Numbered from the stretch's first letter, positions 36,641-47,642 are shown. The stretch is 64,000 nucleotides of DNA from an uncultured virus (IMG/VR IMGVR_UViG_3300024500_000031) (IMGVR_UViG_3300024500_000031), one strand, 5' to 3'. Notes: generated from the letters alone by a model not told the origin. Made by a program: numbers and translations.

Positions 36641-39600
36641 TAACTCCTCCTAACTGAACTTTCTGTCGTTTGAACTGATAAAGCGTGTATCTCTATTCTA
36701 GATGTAGCATTAGTCCCATACACTTCTAATTCCAGCCATGTGCCACGTAGCTCGTTTGATACTTGTCTAAAACCTATTGCCTTGTCCTGATTTGCTAGTG
36801 TTGTGTATTGACCAGTTGTACTCACGTTTTTGTTGTTAGTCAACTTCCATGTAAACGTTGTTATTGATGGCGTGTAGTAATGAACATTTACTTGATGTGG
36901 TCTATTTATACCGTAGTATGCCACTCCTTCAGCGTACGTTTGACCGTAACGCCTAGTGGTAATCTTCCAATCAATACCTTGCGTCGCACCAGAATATGTA
37001 GGCCTGTCACTAAAACCTTCTAACCTATATATCTGTCCGTTAGACGCTCCTATGTACATATCAGCAACATCGTTAGTAGATGTACATGACACAGCGCTCG
37101 TAGCATACATTTGCACAGTGCTAAAGACTGGTAGTTTCCATTTAACCCAACCCGTGGTTCTAGTATCAAACACATATATAACACTATTAGAGTTACCTGT
37201 TGTCGCACCAGCGACTGGCGCTATTGCATATAAACGCCTTTCGTGTGGCAATAATATAATGTCACTGTAGGCTGCTGCTGAAATATAGTTAGCAGAACCC
37301 GTTGGTCCGTAATCCATTGACCGTGGATTAAGTACACCTTCCAGTGGAAGACTTATAGGTTCAATGCTTGTGCCATTCATCACGCTTATCCCAAAGCTTG
37401 ATACGTGCATTGCTTTACCAACTAAACTAGCAATACCTTTACTTGCAAGTAGACCAGCACCGGGTTCTCGTACAAACTGTTGGGCTTGAAATGACGTTGG
37501 ATCAAATCCCATAATTGGGACAATACTATTCTCTCTGTACGCAATCAATACGGCAGAAGTGTCACCACCCGCAGCTACCATGCCGTCAGCTACATACGAC
37601 AGCAGATTGACTATCTTCTCATTATCATCCTGTGACCCTATGGTCATGAATGAACCTTTGATTGCCATAAATGGGTCTTGGACATTTGGGATATTAGTGG
37701 TGTACACACCATATTCATTATCTTTGTTCAGAGGCCATGTAGCATATAAACCATTGTCTTTTGAAACAAACAATCGTTGTTTATGATTTGCAATAGTGCT
37801 TAAACCAGTCGGTAACTGATCTCTACCAGAGTGATGAAACATGCCCGGTCTACCAACATTGGTCGAAAACAGTATGTCTGTATCTCGTACGTCGTCATAT
37901 ATTGTGTATGTTGCTGTATTAGTTGACCAACTGACATCAAATGTCACGCCATCACTGTTGACCAGAGCACCAGTAGTATAGTCAAATACCTTTGCAGTTT
38001 GATTTGTATACGATGTACCTGTACCTAAGTTTGTAGGTATCATGGCTATTAATCTAGGCATACCGTCAGTGAATAACGTATCGCACCGTCGATATAACAA
38101 AATATAATCGTACACATAATCGGTTGTAGATGTTCTTAAACCAGAATCTGTAAATGTGATTCGGCCACGACTATACGCCACAGAAGATTCGATCTCAGGA
38201 CTAAATTCAGACGGTGGAGTTTCTACACCTTCTCCGGGTGGTGCAACTATGTTATATGCTGATGTTGCTCGCCACGCAGCTGGAGCTGATTTCCATCGAG
38301 TATATAAATACTTGTACCTATTATCTGGAGATAATCCACCCTGACGTACAACATCACCCAGCCCTATAAGGACAGCGTCATTGGGGACATCGGCTATATC
38401 TTCGTCAAACCTTAGATATATCGCTGTGACCGCATCTCTGTTGGCGCCGGGAATAGGAAATAACTGAAACTCTAGGAACCGTGTTTGGGCATTATAAGCA
38501 GCCTGTCCAGTCCACACAATTGATCCGGCTTCTTGTATACCCAAGCTAATAGGTATTTCTGAGGTTCTAATATTTGGATGTAACTCACACCGTATGCCTA
38601 TGCCTTTATCATTGGACATATCTGGTGTGCCACTAATAGCTAACTTGATTAGCCTATTTTGTACATAACCACCATATAAACCTCGTACATTTGTGTTGAT
38701 CTGTGCTGCTTTAAACCCAGCTAAACCAAGATCCGTAGTAGTAGCATTGTCATTTGGTGAACATAAAACGCTATATAAATAAACTCCATCAATTAATACG
38801 CCGGGGTCGTTATCACGTGACCAACCACTGTTACTAATCTGCAAACGCAGTGCCTGTAATGTGCCTTCGTATTCACGGAAATCAATAATGTATTCAAATT
38901 GAATCCAGTCAGCAGTCGTTTGTTTTGGTGCAGCATCTGCTACAGCAGCAAAATATGCGCCCGGAATTACATTACCGGCAGCTACTGTTGTACTACTATG
39001 CCCATACACTGTTACGTTTAGATATTGACCATTAAATGGCTTTGCATCATCATAGTTCATTAAGTAAAACGACAACTTAAATAAACCATTGACTTTAGCC
39101 GTACCTCCATTTTGTGAGTATGTTGGAAGACTAGTCACATCTTGAATTATGTAATCCGTTGGTTTATCAATGTGAGCTACATTTCCAGTAGTTCGTCCAT
39201 CTGCTCCAGTTGATACAGTGCCTTTACTACCAGCCCAAGGCAATGCTTTTAAATTAACAAGTTGTCCACTGTTAGTTCCAATCGACGGTGACCCAGCAAC
39301 AACATTCCAGTTACTACAAGTAGTTCCTGTTGCCGTACCAAATATTGGGTTCTGAATACGGTTATCTGATGGAGTACCACTACTAAACGTAGCTTGGGCA
39401 GCACTGTCACCATATGTGCCGGATGTATATGTTTTTACAGCCTTTACAATACCGACGGCATTTGGCTTAGTAGATGTTGGACCAGATACACTTGGCAAAG
39501 ATGCAGCAATAGTTCCATTAGTACGAAATAAAGAAAACGTGGATCCACTACCACCAACACCATAGATGTATCTCCCATATTGAGTCATGCGCACAAGTTT

Positions 39601-39969
39601 CCCCGACGAGGGGAAACTGAATGATAGACCTGTTGTCTGATCAGTTAATTCAGTTTCAACCGCCGGAGTCGCGGACGGATCAGATGCATATAGCTTTCCA
39701 TTTTTTGCGTAGACTAGCTTACTTACAGTGGCACTACTCTTTAATGCGGTTAACTCGTATACAGGATTAGCAACAAACGTGTTCATGATGCCACGGAAAC
39801 CATTACGTAGAACTGGTGAGTTACCATCTATCATCATGTTCTCTATGTTTTGGGCGTAACCATCTTTTAATTTATTTGGTTGTATACGCGTATCCATGCC
39901 AATCCAAGTTACGTCGCCAAGCACGTAAGATTGTTGATTATTCATTGCCCTAATAGCCATTACATGCAC
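36640..39969 (-). CDS. tail nozzle / stabilisation protein (tubular B-like beta-propeller with inserted domains); true start probably a few codons downstream
   Basis: G.DT...P..L..G.A....NM......LR.G N-terminus; YVFD.RT..W; size and position. Confidence 0.75.
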   Translation of the reverse strand: MHVMAIRAMNNQQSYVLGDVTWIGMDTRIQPNKLKDGYAQNIENMMIDGNSPVLRNGFRGIMNTFVANPVYELTALKSSATVSKLVYAKNGKLYASDPSATPAVETELTDQTTGLSFSFPSSGKLVRMTQYGRYIYGVGGSGSTFSLFRTNGTIAASLPSVSGPTSTKPNAVGIVKAVKTYTSGTYGDSAAQATFSSGTPSDNRIQNPIFGTATGTTCSNWNVVAGSPSIGTNSGQLVNLKALPWAGSKGTVSTGADGRTTGNVAHIDKPTDYIIQDVTSLPTYSQNGGTAKVNGLFKLSFYLMNYDDAKPFNGQYLNVTVYGHSSTTVAAGNVIPGAYFAAVADAAPKQTTADWIQFEYIIDFREYEGTLQALRLQISNSGWSRDNDPGVLIDGVYLYSVLCSPNDNATTTDLGLAGFKAAQINTNVRGLYGGYVQNRLIKLAISGTPDMSNDKGIGIRCELHPNIRTSEIPISLGIQEAGSIVWTGQAAYNAQTRFLEFQLFPIPGANRDAVTAIYLRFDEDIADVPNDAVLIGLGDVVRQGGLSPDNRYKYLYTRWKSAPAAWRATSAYNIVAPPGEGVETPPSEFSPEIESSVAYSRGRITFTDSGLRTSTTDYVYDYILLYRRCDTLFTDGMPRLIAMIPTNLGTGTSYTNQTAKVFDYTTGALVNSDGVTFDVSWSTNTATYTIYDDVRDTDILFSTNVGRPGMFHHSGRDQLPTGLSTIANHKQRLFVSKDNGLYATWPLNKDNEYGVYTTNIPNVQDPFMAIKGSFMTIGSQDDNEKIVNLLSYVADGMVAAGGDTSAVLIAYRENSIVPIMGFDPTSFQAQQFVREPGAGLLASKGIASLVGKAMHVSSFGISVMNGTSIEPISLPLEGVLNPRSMDYGPTGSANYISAAAYSDIILLPHERRLYAIAPVAGATTGNSNSVIYVFDTRTTGWVKWKLPVFSTVQMYATSAVSCTSTNDVADMYIGASNGQIYRLEGFSDRPTYSGATQGIDWKITTRRYGQTYAEGVAYYGINRPHQVNVHYYTPSITTFTWKLTNNKNVSTTGQYTTLANQDKAIGFRQVSNELRGTWLELEVYGTNATSRIEIHALSVQTTESSVRRS

Positions 39970-42152
39970 CCCACTCGTTTAAAACGTCGCGGTAACGTTT
40001 CCGTATATATAGCCGTTGCCGCAATTGTTTGTTCTCTCTCAAATTGTCCATTCGTTATATCTACAACATCATACTCTGCATTACCTACTAGTTCGCGAGA
40101 CATAATGTGCCACCTAAATACAGGCAACGTATACGGCAGATCGTATGAGTCGTTAGATTCTGGGCAATACGGAGATATTTCAATGCCATTAATAAGTGGC
40201 ATTACATTTTCATAAAGTATCTCGTTACATGTGTCTGGTGTGTATATACCAGTCACAGTTGCAGGTACCTCATACACATCCATGCAGGTTGGAGGTTTTT
40301 CGTAAACACCGTTAGTGATGTCTATTACCTCAAATGCTATGCCTGTCGTGTATGACGGTATGATTTCCCATGCACAAGTCAAATTAAAAACGTTATTGTA
40401 ATCTGGGCACAAACATTCCGGCGGTACTACATAATCAGCAAAAAGTGTAGCAATACAAGAAAGTGATGCAGTCCTACTAATTCCGGGAACTGCAGGGTTA
40501 ATATTTATAGATGAAAGAGTGGCTATACCGCGAATATTTACAACGCAAGCATATGCTACGCTGGCAACTATAATTGCACAACCACTTATATTACATAGTA
40601 AATATGTCGGATCTGTAATAGTCTGCACAGAGACTAATTGAGCAGATGCTTGTATTGACGATGTGCGCGTAAACGCAGTAATTAATCCATTTAGATTTGC
40701 CGTACCACGTATGGTTACTAGAGGAAATATAGTGAATTGGATATACCAAGTTAGAACGCTTAAGTTAGCTGTTCCTTGAATGCCTGTACTAAAACCATCA
40801 TATGTAACATTAACTGCAGTAGTAGCAAATCCACTAATGTCCGCTGTGCGTATATATTCAATAATGTTGGTTGCGTTTAAATTAGCTGACCCATTAATTG
40901 AAGCAGTAACTAAAGTGTCCGACGCAACAGTACCAGTAGCGTCTAATGTAGCTTTACCAGTAATCTGCGCAATACAACTGTAGGTCGGATCACTAGTAAG
41001 TCTTGCGTAACCAGATATTTGCGCATTAATTCCAAATGCTGGTGAAGAATCAACACGTCCTACTCCACGCAATGAACACGTAGCATTAAATGTAATGCTT
41101 GCGTTTAATGTTGCCTTGCCATCAACGAAAACATCTAAACGATATGCAGGTGTAGCATCTAAACGTGCAAAACCAGATAAAGAAGTAGACCCAACTCTAG
41201 AATACGTTGACGTTAAAAGTGCTTTTCCAGTAAGTTGCGCAGATTCATTTACAGTTGAAGTTGCACTAGCATCTAATCTGGCAATGGCAGAAATATCTGC
41301 ACTGGCTACACGCGTAAGTGATGCATCTAATGTAGCTTGCCCATTTATTCCACTGGATATGGATATTGATGGTTGTGCATCTAGACGTGCCAAACCATAT
41401 AAAGAACTAACACCAACACGGGTAATAGTTGCGGATAGATTTGCTGTGCCAGTAATCTGTGAACTGGCGTTGTCTATTGATGACCCGGCTGCAGTTAAAT
41501 TAGCCCTACCAGTAATGTCGGCAGTTACACCAATACTAATTGAACTTGATAAATTTGCTTTACCAATAACATCACTAGTAATAGCAAATGTTGGCGTTGC
41601 CTCAAGACGCGCAAAACCACTAATATTGGATACGCCCGCACGTGTTTGCGTGGCATCTGCTCGTGCGTATCCAGTTATAGATGCCGATGCACTAAACGTC
41701 GGTGTTGCATCTAAAAGTGCATAACCAGATATAGAACTAGATCCAGTTCTAAATACTGATGACTCTAAACGGGCATAACCAGATATAGATGCAGACGCAT
41801 TAAAGGCTAGTGTTGCCTCAAGACGTGCGTAACCGGATACGGATGTTGTTGTAGAACGTGTGCTATTTACATTGACATTGGCTCGGCCATTAACATCTGC
41901 TGTTACGCCAATGACTGCGTTAGCTGTTAATGTTGCTCTACCGCGAACATCAGATGATACAGAGTATTGTGGTGTACCACTTAGTGTTGCTTTACCACTT
42001 ATATCCGAGGCACATGAAAAACTGATATCGGCTGTTAGTCTACCGATACCATTAAGGCTTGCTGTCCGACTGAAGTTTCCTATATTCGGAGCAGCAAGCC
42101 TTGAGGCAATAAAGGCTATTGTTATATAGCCAGCACTATTTGGTATAGCCAC
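39960..42152 (-). CDS. fibrous virion protein with ~18-aa repeats and Cys-rich C-terminus
   Basis: Repeated [ST]-I-[ST]-G-x-A-x-L-x-A units at 18-residue spacing. Confidence 0.75.
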   Translation of the reverse strand: MAIPNSAGYITIAFIASRLAAPNIGNFSRTASLNGIGRLTADISFSCASDISGKATLSGTPQYSVSSDVRGRATLTANAVIGVTADVNGRANVNVNSTRSTTTSVSGYARLEATLAFNASASISGYARLESSVFRTGSSSISGYALLDATPTFSASASITGYARADATQTRAGVSNISGFARLEATPTFAITSDVIGKANLSSSISIGVTADITGRANLTAAGSSIDNASSQITGTANLSATITRVGVSSLYGLARLDAQPSISISSGINGQATLDASLTRVASADISAIARLDASATSTVNESAQLTGKALLTSTYSRVGSTSLSGFARLDATPAYRLDVFVDGKATLNASITFNATCSLRGVGRVDSSPAFGINAQISGYARLTSDPTYSCIAQITGKATLDATGTVASDTLVTASINGSANLNATNIIEYIRTADISGFATTAVNVTYDGFSTGIQGTANLSVLTWYIQFTIFPLVTIRGTANLNGLITAFTRTSSIQASAQLVSVQTITDPTYLLCNISGCAIIVASVAYACVVNIRGIATLSSININPAVPGISRTASLSCIATLFADYVVPPECLCPDYNNVFNLTCAWEIIPSYTTGIAFEVIDITNGVYEKPPTCMDVYEVPATVTGIYTPDTCNEILYENVMPLINGIEISPYCPESNDSYDLPYTLPVFRWHIMSRELVGNAEYDVVDITNGQFEREQTIAATAIYTETLPRRFKRVGCM

Positions 42153-42156
42153 GGTA

Positions 42157-42621
42157 TTAGTCTAACGTTACAGTAATTGCTCCTGCAGCAAACGTAATTG
42201 ACTGACCGTTGTTTAACGTGACAGAGCCACCATTCAAATCACCGTAATACAACATCGATGTGTCTGATGAAATCGTTGCACTCAGCGTAGCACTTGTACA
42301 AATTGCAATACCTACAATTCCAGATATCGTCCCAGTGGCACTAAATGAAATAGAGTTGATATTTGATAACGATGGTGTTGTTGCGTCTGCATCACCAGTA
42401 GATCCCGTTTTTTGAAAGCACTGTGATGTCGTTGCCGTAAATGCAATTCTTGAGGTGTAACCAGCACCAGAAGTTACTTCTGCTACCGACGTATCGTTAG
42501 TAGAGTTTGTCAACAATGCTAGATATAACGTTGCTCCACCAGTCGCTGTAAATGCAACACCACGCAGAGTTGAGTTTAATACTTTTGCCTCTAAATGGTT
42601 TGCAAATGCTGTATTTGCCAT
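42157..42621 (-). CDS. conserved small tail-fibre-associated protein
   Basis: LE..VL...LRG, LYLAL.T, EV....Y.R, N...I.F, LYYG.L, G..ITF.AG.ITV.LD. Confidence 0.75.
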   Translation of the reverse strand: MANTAFANHLEAKVLNSTLRGVAFTATGGATLYLALLTNSTNDTSVAEVTSGAGYTSRIAFTATTSQCFQKTGSTGDADATTPSLSNINSISFSATGTISGIVGIAICTSATLSATISSDTSMLYYGDLNGGSVTLNNGQSITFAAGAITVTLD

Positions 42622-42622
42622 A

Positions 42623-43462
42623 TTAACCTACCTTTACTATCGGATCCGCTGATGCACTGGTTGTGATATTTGCTGACCAGATTACAGTGGTGTCAGATTC
42701 ATTATATACATCAACCGTCGCGCCTGTTGATGCATCAACTTTATTTCGTAATATGCGCAACGCATTCCTGACAGTTCTATCGGATGACGTTGTTGATGTT
42801 TCGTTTCCAGAACTGTCTAACTTTCGCTTGAGTATCCCATCAGCAATTTCCTCTATCGCTGTTGTTGCTAGTTCGTCACTACCAATAGCATCGGTGGCTA
42901 TGACTGTACTTGTAATTGCACCTGATGCAAATGACGTAGAGGATATTCCACTTGTTCCAATAGAGCCAACACTGCCAGACACAGACGTAATCTGCTGTGA
43001 CGTTGATATCGTTGTTCCTGATAAATTTAATGTGGTTGTTGGACTCCCAACATTTGCTAAATCAATACCAGCTTCGCCAGTTGTGCTTACATCTAACTTC
43101 CTGCCAGCAGTAGTTGGATACAGACAAGCTTGATCGCGTAATGTGAATCTGCCTATACATGATCCAACAACACTGACGCCGTCAACAGTACCTGTAGTAA
43201 TCACACATTCAAAAGTAGACCCGTCTGCATAAAACGTACCATCAGACGATGTTGTAATACGTACGTGATTTAAACCAGTCACACTATCGAAACTAGCAGT
43301 TAACGTAATGCCAGCAGTGCTTTGTGTAGTACTGTTGTCTTTATAGACGGATACGGCAGGAGTTCCACCTAGCGTAAATGGCGCACCTGTAGATGGACGA
43401 TATGTTGTAAACATAAAATCTATAGTGTCACCAGCTGCAAAATCGCCAAGATATTTACTCAT
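42623..43462 (-). CDS. tail appendage protein (stalk type 2)
   Basis: Ser/Thr/Gly-rich; C-terminal domain homologous to that of 44786-46210. Confidence 0.7.
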   Translation of the reverse strand: MSKYLGDFAAGDTIDFMFTTYRPSTGAPFTLGGTPAVSVYKDNSTTQSTAGITLTASFDSVTGLNHVRITTSSDGTFYADGSTFECVITTGTVDGVSVVGSCIGRFTLRDQACLYPTTAGRKLDVSTTGEAGIDLANVGSPTTTLNLSGTTISTSQQITSVSGSVGSIGTSGISSTSFASGAITSTVIATDAIGSDELATTAIEEIADGILKRKLDSSGNETSTTSSDRTVRNALRILRNKVDASTGATVDVYNESDTTVIWSANITTSASADPIVKVG

Positions 43463-44568
43463 CCTATATACCCCGCTATTGGATTAGCAGCTAAACCAGC
43501 ATTTATTGGATTGTCTTCCGCAGTACCAACTGCAGGAGGTGATGGTCTTGTGTATCCATACATATCTGTAGCTGGCGCCCCTGTTGCTGTACCATCACCA
43601 CTTACTACGTTGGCTACATATGGCATCCAAAATGGTCTATTTGGCGTATCAAATAAAGTACAGGCGCCTAAATCTAAACATACGTTTACGTTTTGTAACG
43701 TATTTGCACCAGCATTTACGTTTGATCGAGGACCTGTATATCCAGCTAAACGACAATAGTTCTCATCTATCTGGCCTAACGTATTAGCCACAAAAGCCGT
43801 AGATGCAAATATTACATAGGTGTTTCTGATTGTAAGCGACGCAGTTGTAGATCTATATGCCGACGTGTTTATTTGTACAGCGTTAGTTCCACCAAACAAT
43901 GTGCAGTTAGTAATTCTGACCCCACTAAGTGTCCCAGTCGTACCAGCTGAGTTTAAAAACACACATCTATTTGTTTGTGCTTGCATGTAACAGTTCTCAA
44001 TAGATATATCTAAATCCTGATCACCTGTTGTTGGTGCAGTAGCAGAAATAACCAGCGCATCTGATCGTCCAACACATATGCTATTTTTTATAACATGGGC
44101 GCCAGAGTTGTTTTGAGGTGCTTCAACACGTAAACAGTTTGCACCAGTAGAAACAAATACGCAGTTATCGATGACGTTAAAACGAGCTGTAACTATGCGC
44201 AACGCAAAGCCAGTACCACCCTCAAATCGTATTCCATAAAAATTAAGGTAGTTGCGCGAGGCTGTATTAAGTGTGTCAGATGCTGATGGTGCTGCGTCAT
44301 CACCAGAAGTAAATCCAGTTATCCGAACTTCACCTGCAGTGCCAAAAATAGCACCATCAAAATCACCTTTAATATATGTTGCAGCTGTAGGGTTAGTAAT
44401 GGCAACTGTAATAGTTTCTCTGTATACACCTGCAGCTATCCATAAAGTGTCACCACTAGCAAATCCAGATGTTGCACCTAATGCATAAGCAACAGTTAAC
44501 CACGGTGCAGTTGTAGATGTTCCTGCATTTGCGTTAGATCCTGTTGTACTTACGTAATATGTAGCCAC
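43459..44568 (-). CDS. right-handed parallel beta-helix protein (tailspike/depolymerase candidate)
   Basis: TYYVS..GSN.N.G.....PW.T, GDT..I..G.Y.E, repeated I.NC motifs, D..G..R.....GA.E. Confidence 0.8.
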   Translation of the reverse strand: MATYYVSTTGSNANAGTSTTAPWLTVAYALGATSGFASGDTLWIAAGVYRETITVAITNPTAATYIKGDFDGAIFGTAGEVRITGFTSGDDAAPSASDTLNTASRNYLNFYGIRFEGGTGFALRIVTARFNVIDNCVFVSTGANCLRVEAPQNNSGAHVIKNSICVGRSDALVISATAPTTGDQDLDISIENCYMQAQTNRCVFLNSAGTTGTLSGVRITNCTLFGGTNAVQINTSAYRSTTASLTIRNTYVIFASTAFVANTLGQIDENYCRLAGYTGPRSNVNAGANTLQNVNVCLDLGACTLFDTPNRPFWMPYVANVVSGDGTATGAPATDMYGYTRPSPPAVGTAEDNPINAGLAANPIAGYIG

Positions 44569-44786
44569 TAGTCATTACCTATAAGTTGCTGCCCAATAAT
44601 AGCTGAAAATAGCAATACATACTCTCGTTGAAATTCTTCTGGCTGACTATTCCACCATGTGTTAATTGATAAACCGTCAGGCCCAAAATCATACAAAACG
44701 TTACCACTGTTATCTTGTATCGTGCCTTTAATTAACCAATCTGGCACAGGTGTCAATACACGATCAAACGTGATCATCATATTCAT
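44568..44786 (-). CDS. small hypothetical protein (possible chaperone)
   Basis: Coupled on both sides within the tail module. Confidence 0.7.
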   Translation of the reverse strand: MNMMITFDRVLTPVPDWLIKGTIQDNSGNVLYDFGPDGLSINTWWNSQPEEFQREYVLLFSAIIGQQLIGND

Positions 44787-46210
44787 TATGAACCACCTGT
44801 AGGATTGACGGTTACATTAGCCGTGTTACTCAACGTACCAGACCATGCCGTAGTAGCGTCATCTTCTTTATAAACTGTCAATCCACCACTATTGACAACG
44901 ACTTTATTACGCATAGCTCGCAAAGCAGAGCGTACCGTACGTTCATCGACAGTATCCGTACCGTTACCAGAACTATCTAAATACCTGCTCAATAAATTAT
45001 CAGCAATGCCATTTTTTGTATGCACGTGTTGTGCAAGAATAACAAAGTCAATAGCTGATGCAGGAGCTTGTGGCAATGCCTCATCAAGTGTAATGATAGA
45101 CCCACCTGTGTTGTTACCGCTGATAATTCCAGATGTCCCAGCTATTGCACCCCCAATAAATAATATTGTTTGATTATCAAATGCATTAGCTATATAGCCA
45201 GTAAGGTTTGTATTTATTGATGTTGTTGTACTAGATGCAGTAGTCGTACCTTCAATTACGTAATTTGCTTTACGTAAAGTATCCATTAACTTACCAAAAG
45301 ATCCAGCTGTTGTATGAGTATTGTATGCCTCATCCCATACAGCATCTGCAATTGCTGCAGCAGTAGGTGCAGGCGTAGCGCTACCACTGGAATTTAACGC
45401 TGCACCAGTAGTACCGGCAGTTAAATGGCCAGACAAAACCTCGTCCCATACAGCATCAGCAATAACTGCTGCAGTAGGCGGAGCTGTTGCTAAAGAGTAA
45501 CCTGTTTTATCGTTATTTGTTGTTACTGTCACACCTGTAGAAACAGAGTTGACAGAACCCGTTACAGACCCTACTGATCCAGTAGTACTAAATGTTTGAG
45601 AGGTACTTAGTGTGTAGTTAGACTTATCGTTATTGGTGCCAACAGACACAAGCCCAGTTGTAGGAGTTATTGCTAATGCACTAAAGTTTGCTGGGAATGC
45701 TTGGGATAGTGAATATCCAGTTTTATCGTTATTTGTTGCCACAGTAACTTGCCCAGACGCGTTACCTGTAGGGAGTCCACCCAATGCTCCTGCGTTTGCA
45801 TTAGGTAAAGCTGTTAATCCGAGTCGCACGGCATCATCTGGGTTAAACGCTACAATTTGATACTCAAGTACAACAGGAGCCATGTTGGTTGCACCTTTAA
45901 GCATGACTACTACTTTTGATGTACCAGCAACAGAGAACAGTGCATTTGGAACATCAAAACGGTACAACCCCGGCATATTAGTTCCGTCTACTGCTACGAA
46001 ACCACCAGATGCATATGCTGCAGTTGCGCTTGCCAATGTAACTAATGTAATGGCTGTAGCAGCTCCTCGCTCTACTGCGTAATAAGCATTAAGACCAGCA
46101 GAGTTAAACACAAGTCCAGTCAATCCTGCACCAGTAGTACTAGTAGAGTTTTGAATAAATACATATTCAGTATGCGACGTACTGTTTGCTTGTATAAATA
46201 GTTTAGCCAC
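44786..46210 (-). CDS. tail appendage protein (stalk type 1)
   Basis: TNNDK..Y.L x3, PTAA.IADAVWDE x2; shared C-terminal domain. Confidence 0.75.
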   Translation of the reverse strand: MAKLFIQANSTSHTEYVFIQNSTSTTGAGLTGLVFNSAGLNAYYAVERGAATAITLVTLASATAAYASGGFVAVDGTNMPGLYRFDVPNALFSVAGTSKVVVMLKGATNMAPVVLEYQIVAFNPDDAVRLGLTALPNANAGALGGLPTGNASGQVTVATNNDKTGYSLSQAFPANFSALAITPTTGLVSVGTNNDKSNYTLSTSQTFSTTGSVGSVTGSVNSVSTGVTVTTNNDKTGYSLATAPPTAAVIADAVWDEVLSGHLTAGTTGAALNSSGSATPAPTAAAIADAVWDEAYNTHTTAGSFGKLMDTLRKANYVIEGTTTASSTTTSINTNLTGYIANAFDNQTILFIGGAIAGTSGIISGNNTGGSIITLDEALPQAPASAIDFVILAQHVHTKNGIADNLLSRYLDSSGNGTDTVDERTVRSALRAMRNKVVVNSGGLTVYKEDDATTAWSGTLSNTANVTVNPTGGS

Positions 46211-47339
46211 GTATGCCTCCAGACATTCCCGGATGCACTAACATTCCACCAGATGCAGTACCTTGATCCAACCCTACAATAATTGCCTGCATAGTTAACA
46301 TGCGGTTAGTGTTTTCTGTCCACGCACCATCATTAGTACGTGTGGTGTATTGAATGTCGGCTGCTGTACCTAGTACAGCTAATTTGTCGGAATCCTGCCT
46401 AAATGTAAAGTATTGAACAGGACCCATATTACTAATTGTAGTTGGACGTACAACTAATCTGTAATACGAACCTGCATTTAATGTCGGTAGCGTTGTACCA
46501 GTAAACATACAATCAAATGCACCTTGCGCTGTTTGGTTTTGCAGAGAGCTGTCATATGACATCGATGCTAAAACGGTAGTACCATCAGTTCCATATAATC
46601 GAACGTCAAAATCAGCAGCAGGTAAACACCCTAAACGTAATCCGGCTACTTCATACGTTTGGCAACTACCAGTAGGCATTCTAAAATAAATACCAAACTC
46701 ATCAGGTGTACTGCCGTTATTTACATTAAGACTAGTTACTGTTTCGTATGGATATCCATAAGTTTTTGTACTACTTCTGTAAAGGAAAGAAGGAATGTTT
46801 ACGTCATTATCAATGTACGACCCAGCTGGACGGCCAACGGAATATGGCCTACGCATGAAAGGATATGTATTATTCCAACCAGTTCGTACAGTTAATGAAT
46901 CATTACCAGTAGCCCATGTTCCTGCAACGGCATCAAGAGCTATACCAAATGCTGTGCCTCTAGTAATGGTAACAGATGTAGTCAAAGTCGCTATCAGCAT
47001 CTGTCCAGTTGTAACTAGATCAGCATTGAAATCTTGATAAGCTGTACCTGCCGTCCCGCTAAATGTTGCATTTGCCCATACAGGAGGGTTAGCTGGGAAA
47101 CCATTAGTTGCATCAACATAACACACGCCAAGCCGTAAAGAACCTGCTTGATCTCCGGGCCTACCAGTTTTTCCACTTATGTAACAGCCAACCTGCGTAA
47201 TAGTCATATCTTCAGCAGCTTGACAAATCCAACCTTGTACATCACCAGTGCTGTCAAATTCGACAGTTGCTTGTGTTACAAGCCCGTTATTAGGCATTAT
47301 GACTTTTGGATATAAAAAGTCAATTTCGGTCATTGGCAT
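46203..47339 (-). CDS. putative receptor-binding / virion beta-sandwich protein
   Basis: Beta-rich with two similar halves; short C-terminal motif HPGMSGGIRG. Confidence 0.65.
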   Translation of the reverse strand: MPMTEIDFLYPKVIMPNNGLVTQATVEFDSTGDVQGWICQAAEDMTITQVGCYISGKTGRPGDQAGSLRLGVCYVDATNGFPANPPVWANATFSGTAGTAYQDFNADLVTTGQMLIATLTTSVTITRGTAFGIALDAVAGTWATGNDSLTVRTGWNNTYPFMRRPYSVGRPAGSYIDNDVNIPSFLYRSSTKTYGYPYETVTSLNVNNGSTPDEFGIYFRMPTGSCQTYEVAGLRLGCLPAADFDVRLYGTDGTTVLASMSYDSSLQNQTAQGAFDCMFTGTTLPTLNAGSYYRLVVRPTTISNMGPVQYFTFRQDSDKLAVLGTAADIQYTTRTNDGAWTENTNRMLTMQAIIVGLDQGTASGGMLVHPGMSGGIRG

Positions 47340-47642
47340 TTAAATACGCCACCTTCGTTTATGCCAGAAAAAAGCCCACGAGAACATATTGGCGACACCA
47401 ATATTTGTTATAATCTCACTCCATCGTGGATTACTTAATGCCATTGCACTGTACAAACTACCTGCTGCAATAAAACCTAGTGAGCAACGTATCCACGTTT
47501 TAATTACAAATGGCATGTGCTCTATCGGAGATTTAGGATGACGCAATAAAGCAATAAAACCAGATACCGACAATGCAATAAAACAATTAGATACGCAGTT
47601 AATTATTAACTTCGGGTCCATTAGTTTTATCCTTGCCACCAT
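47340..47642 (-). CDS. holin-like membrane protein (3 TM); start possibly at MDPK
   Basis: Three hydrophobic segments, basic C-terminus HKRRWRI. Confidence 0.6.
   Translation of the reverse strand: MVARIKLMDPKLIINCVSNCFIALSVSGFIALLRHPKSPIEHMPFVIKTWIRCSLGFIAAGSLYSAMALSNPRWSEIITNIGVANMFSWAFFWHKRRWRI

Noticed and set aside
42623..47339. Diversity-generating retroelement acting on the tail genes
   Set aside because: No reverse transcriptase and no near-identical template/variable repeat pair; the similarity is only at the protein level.
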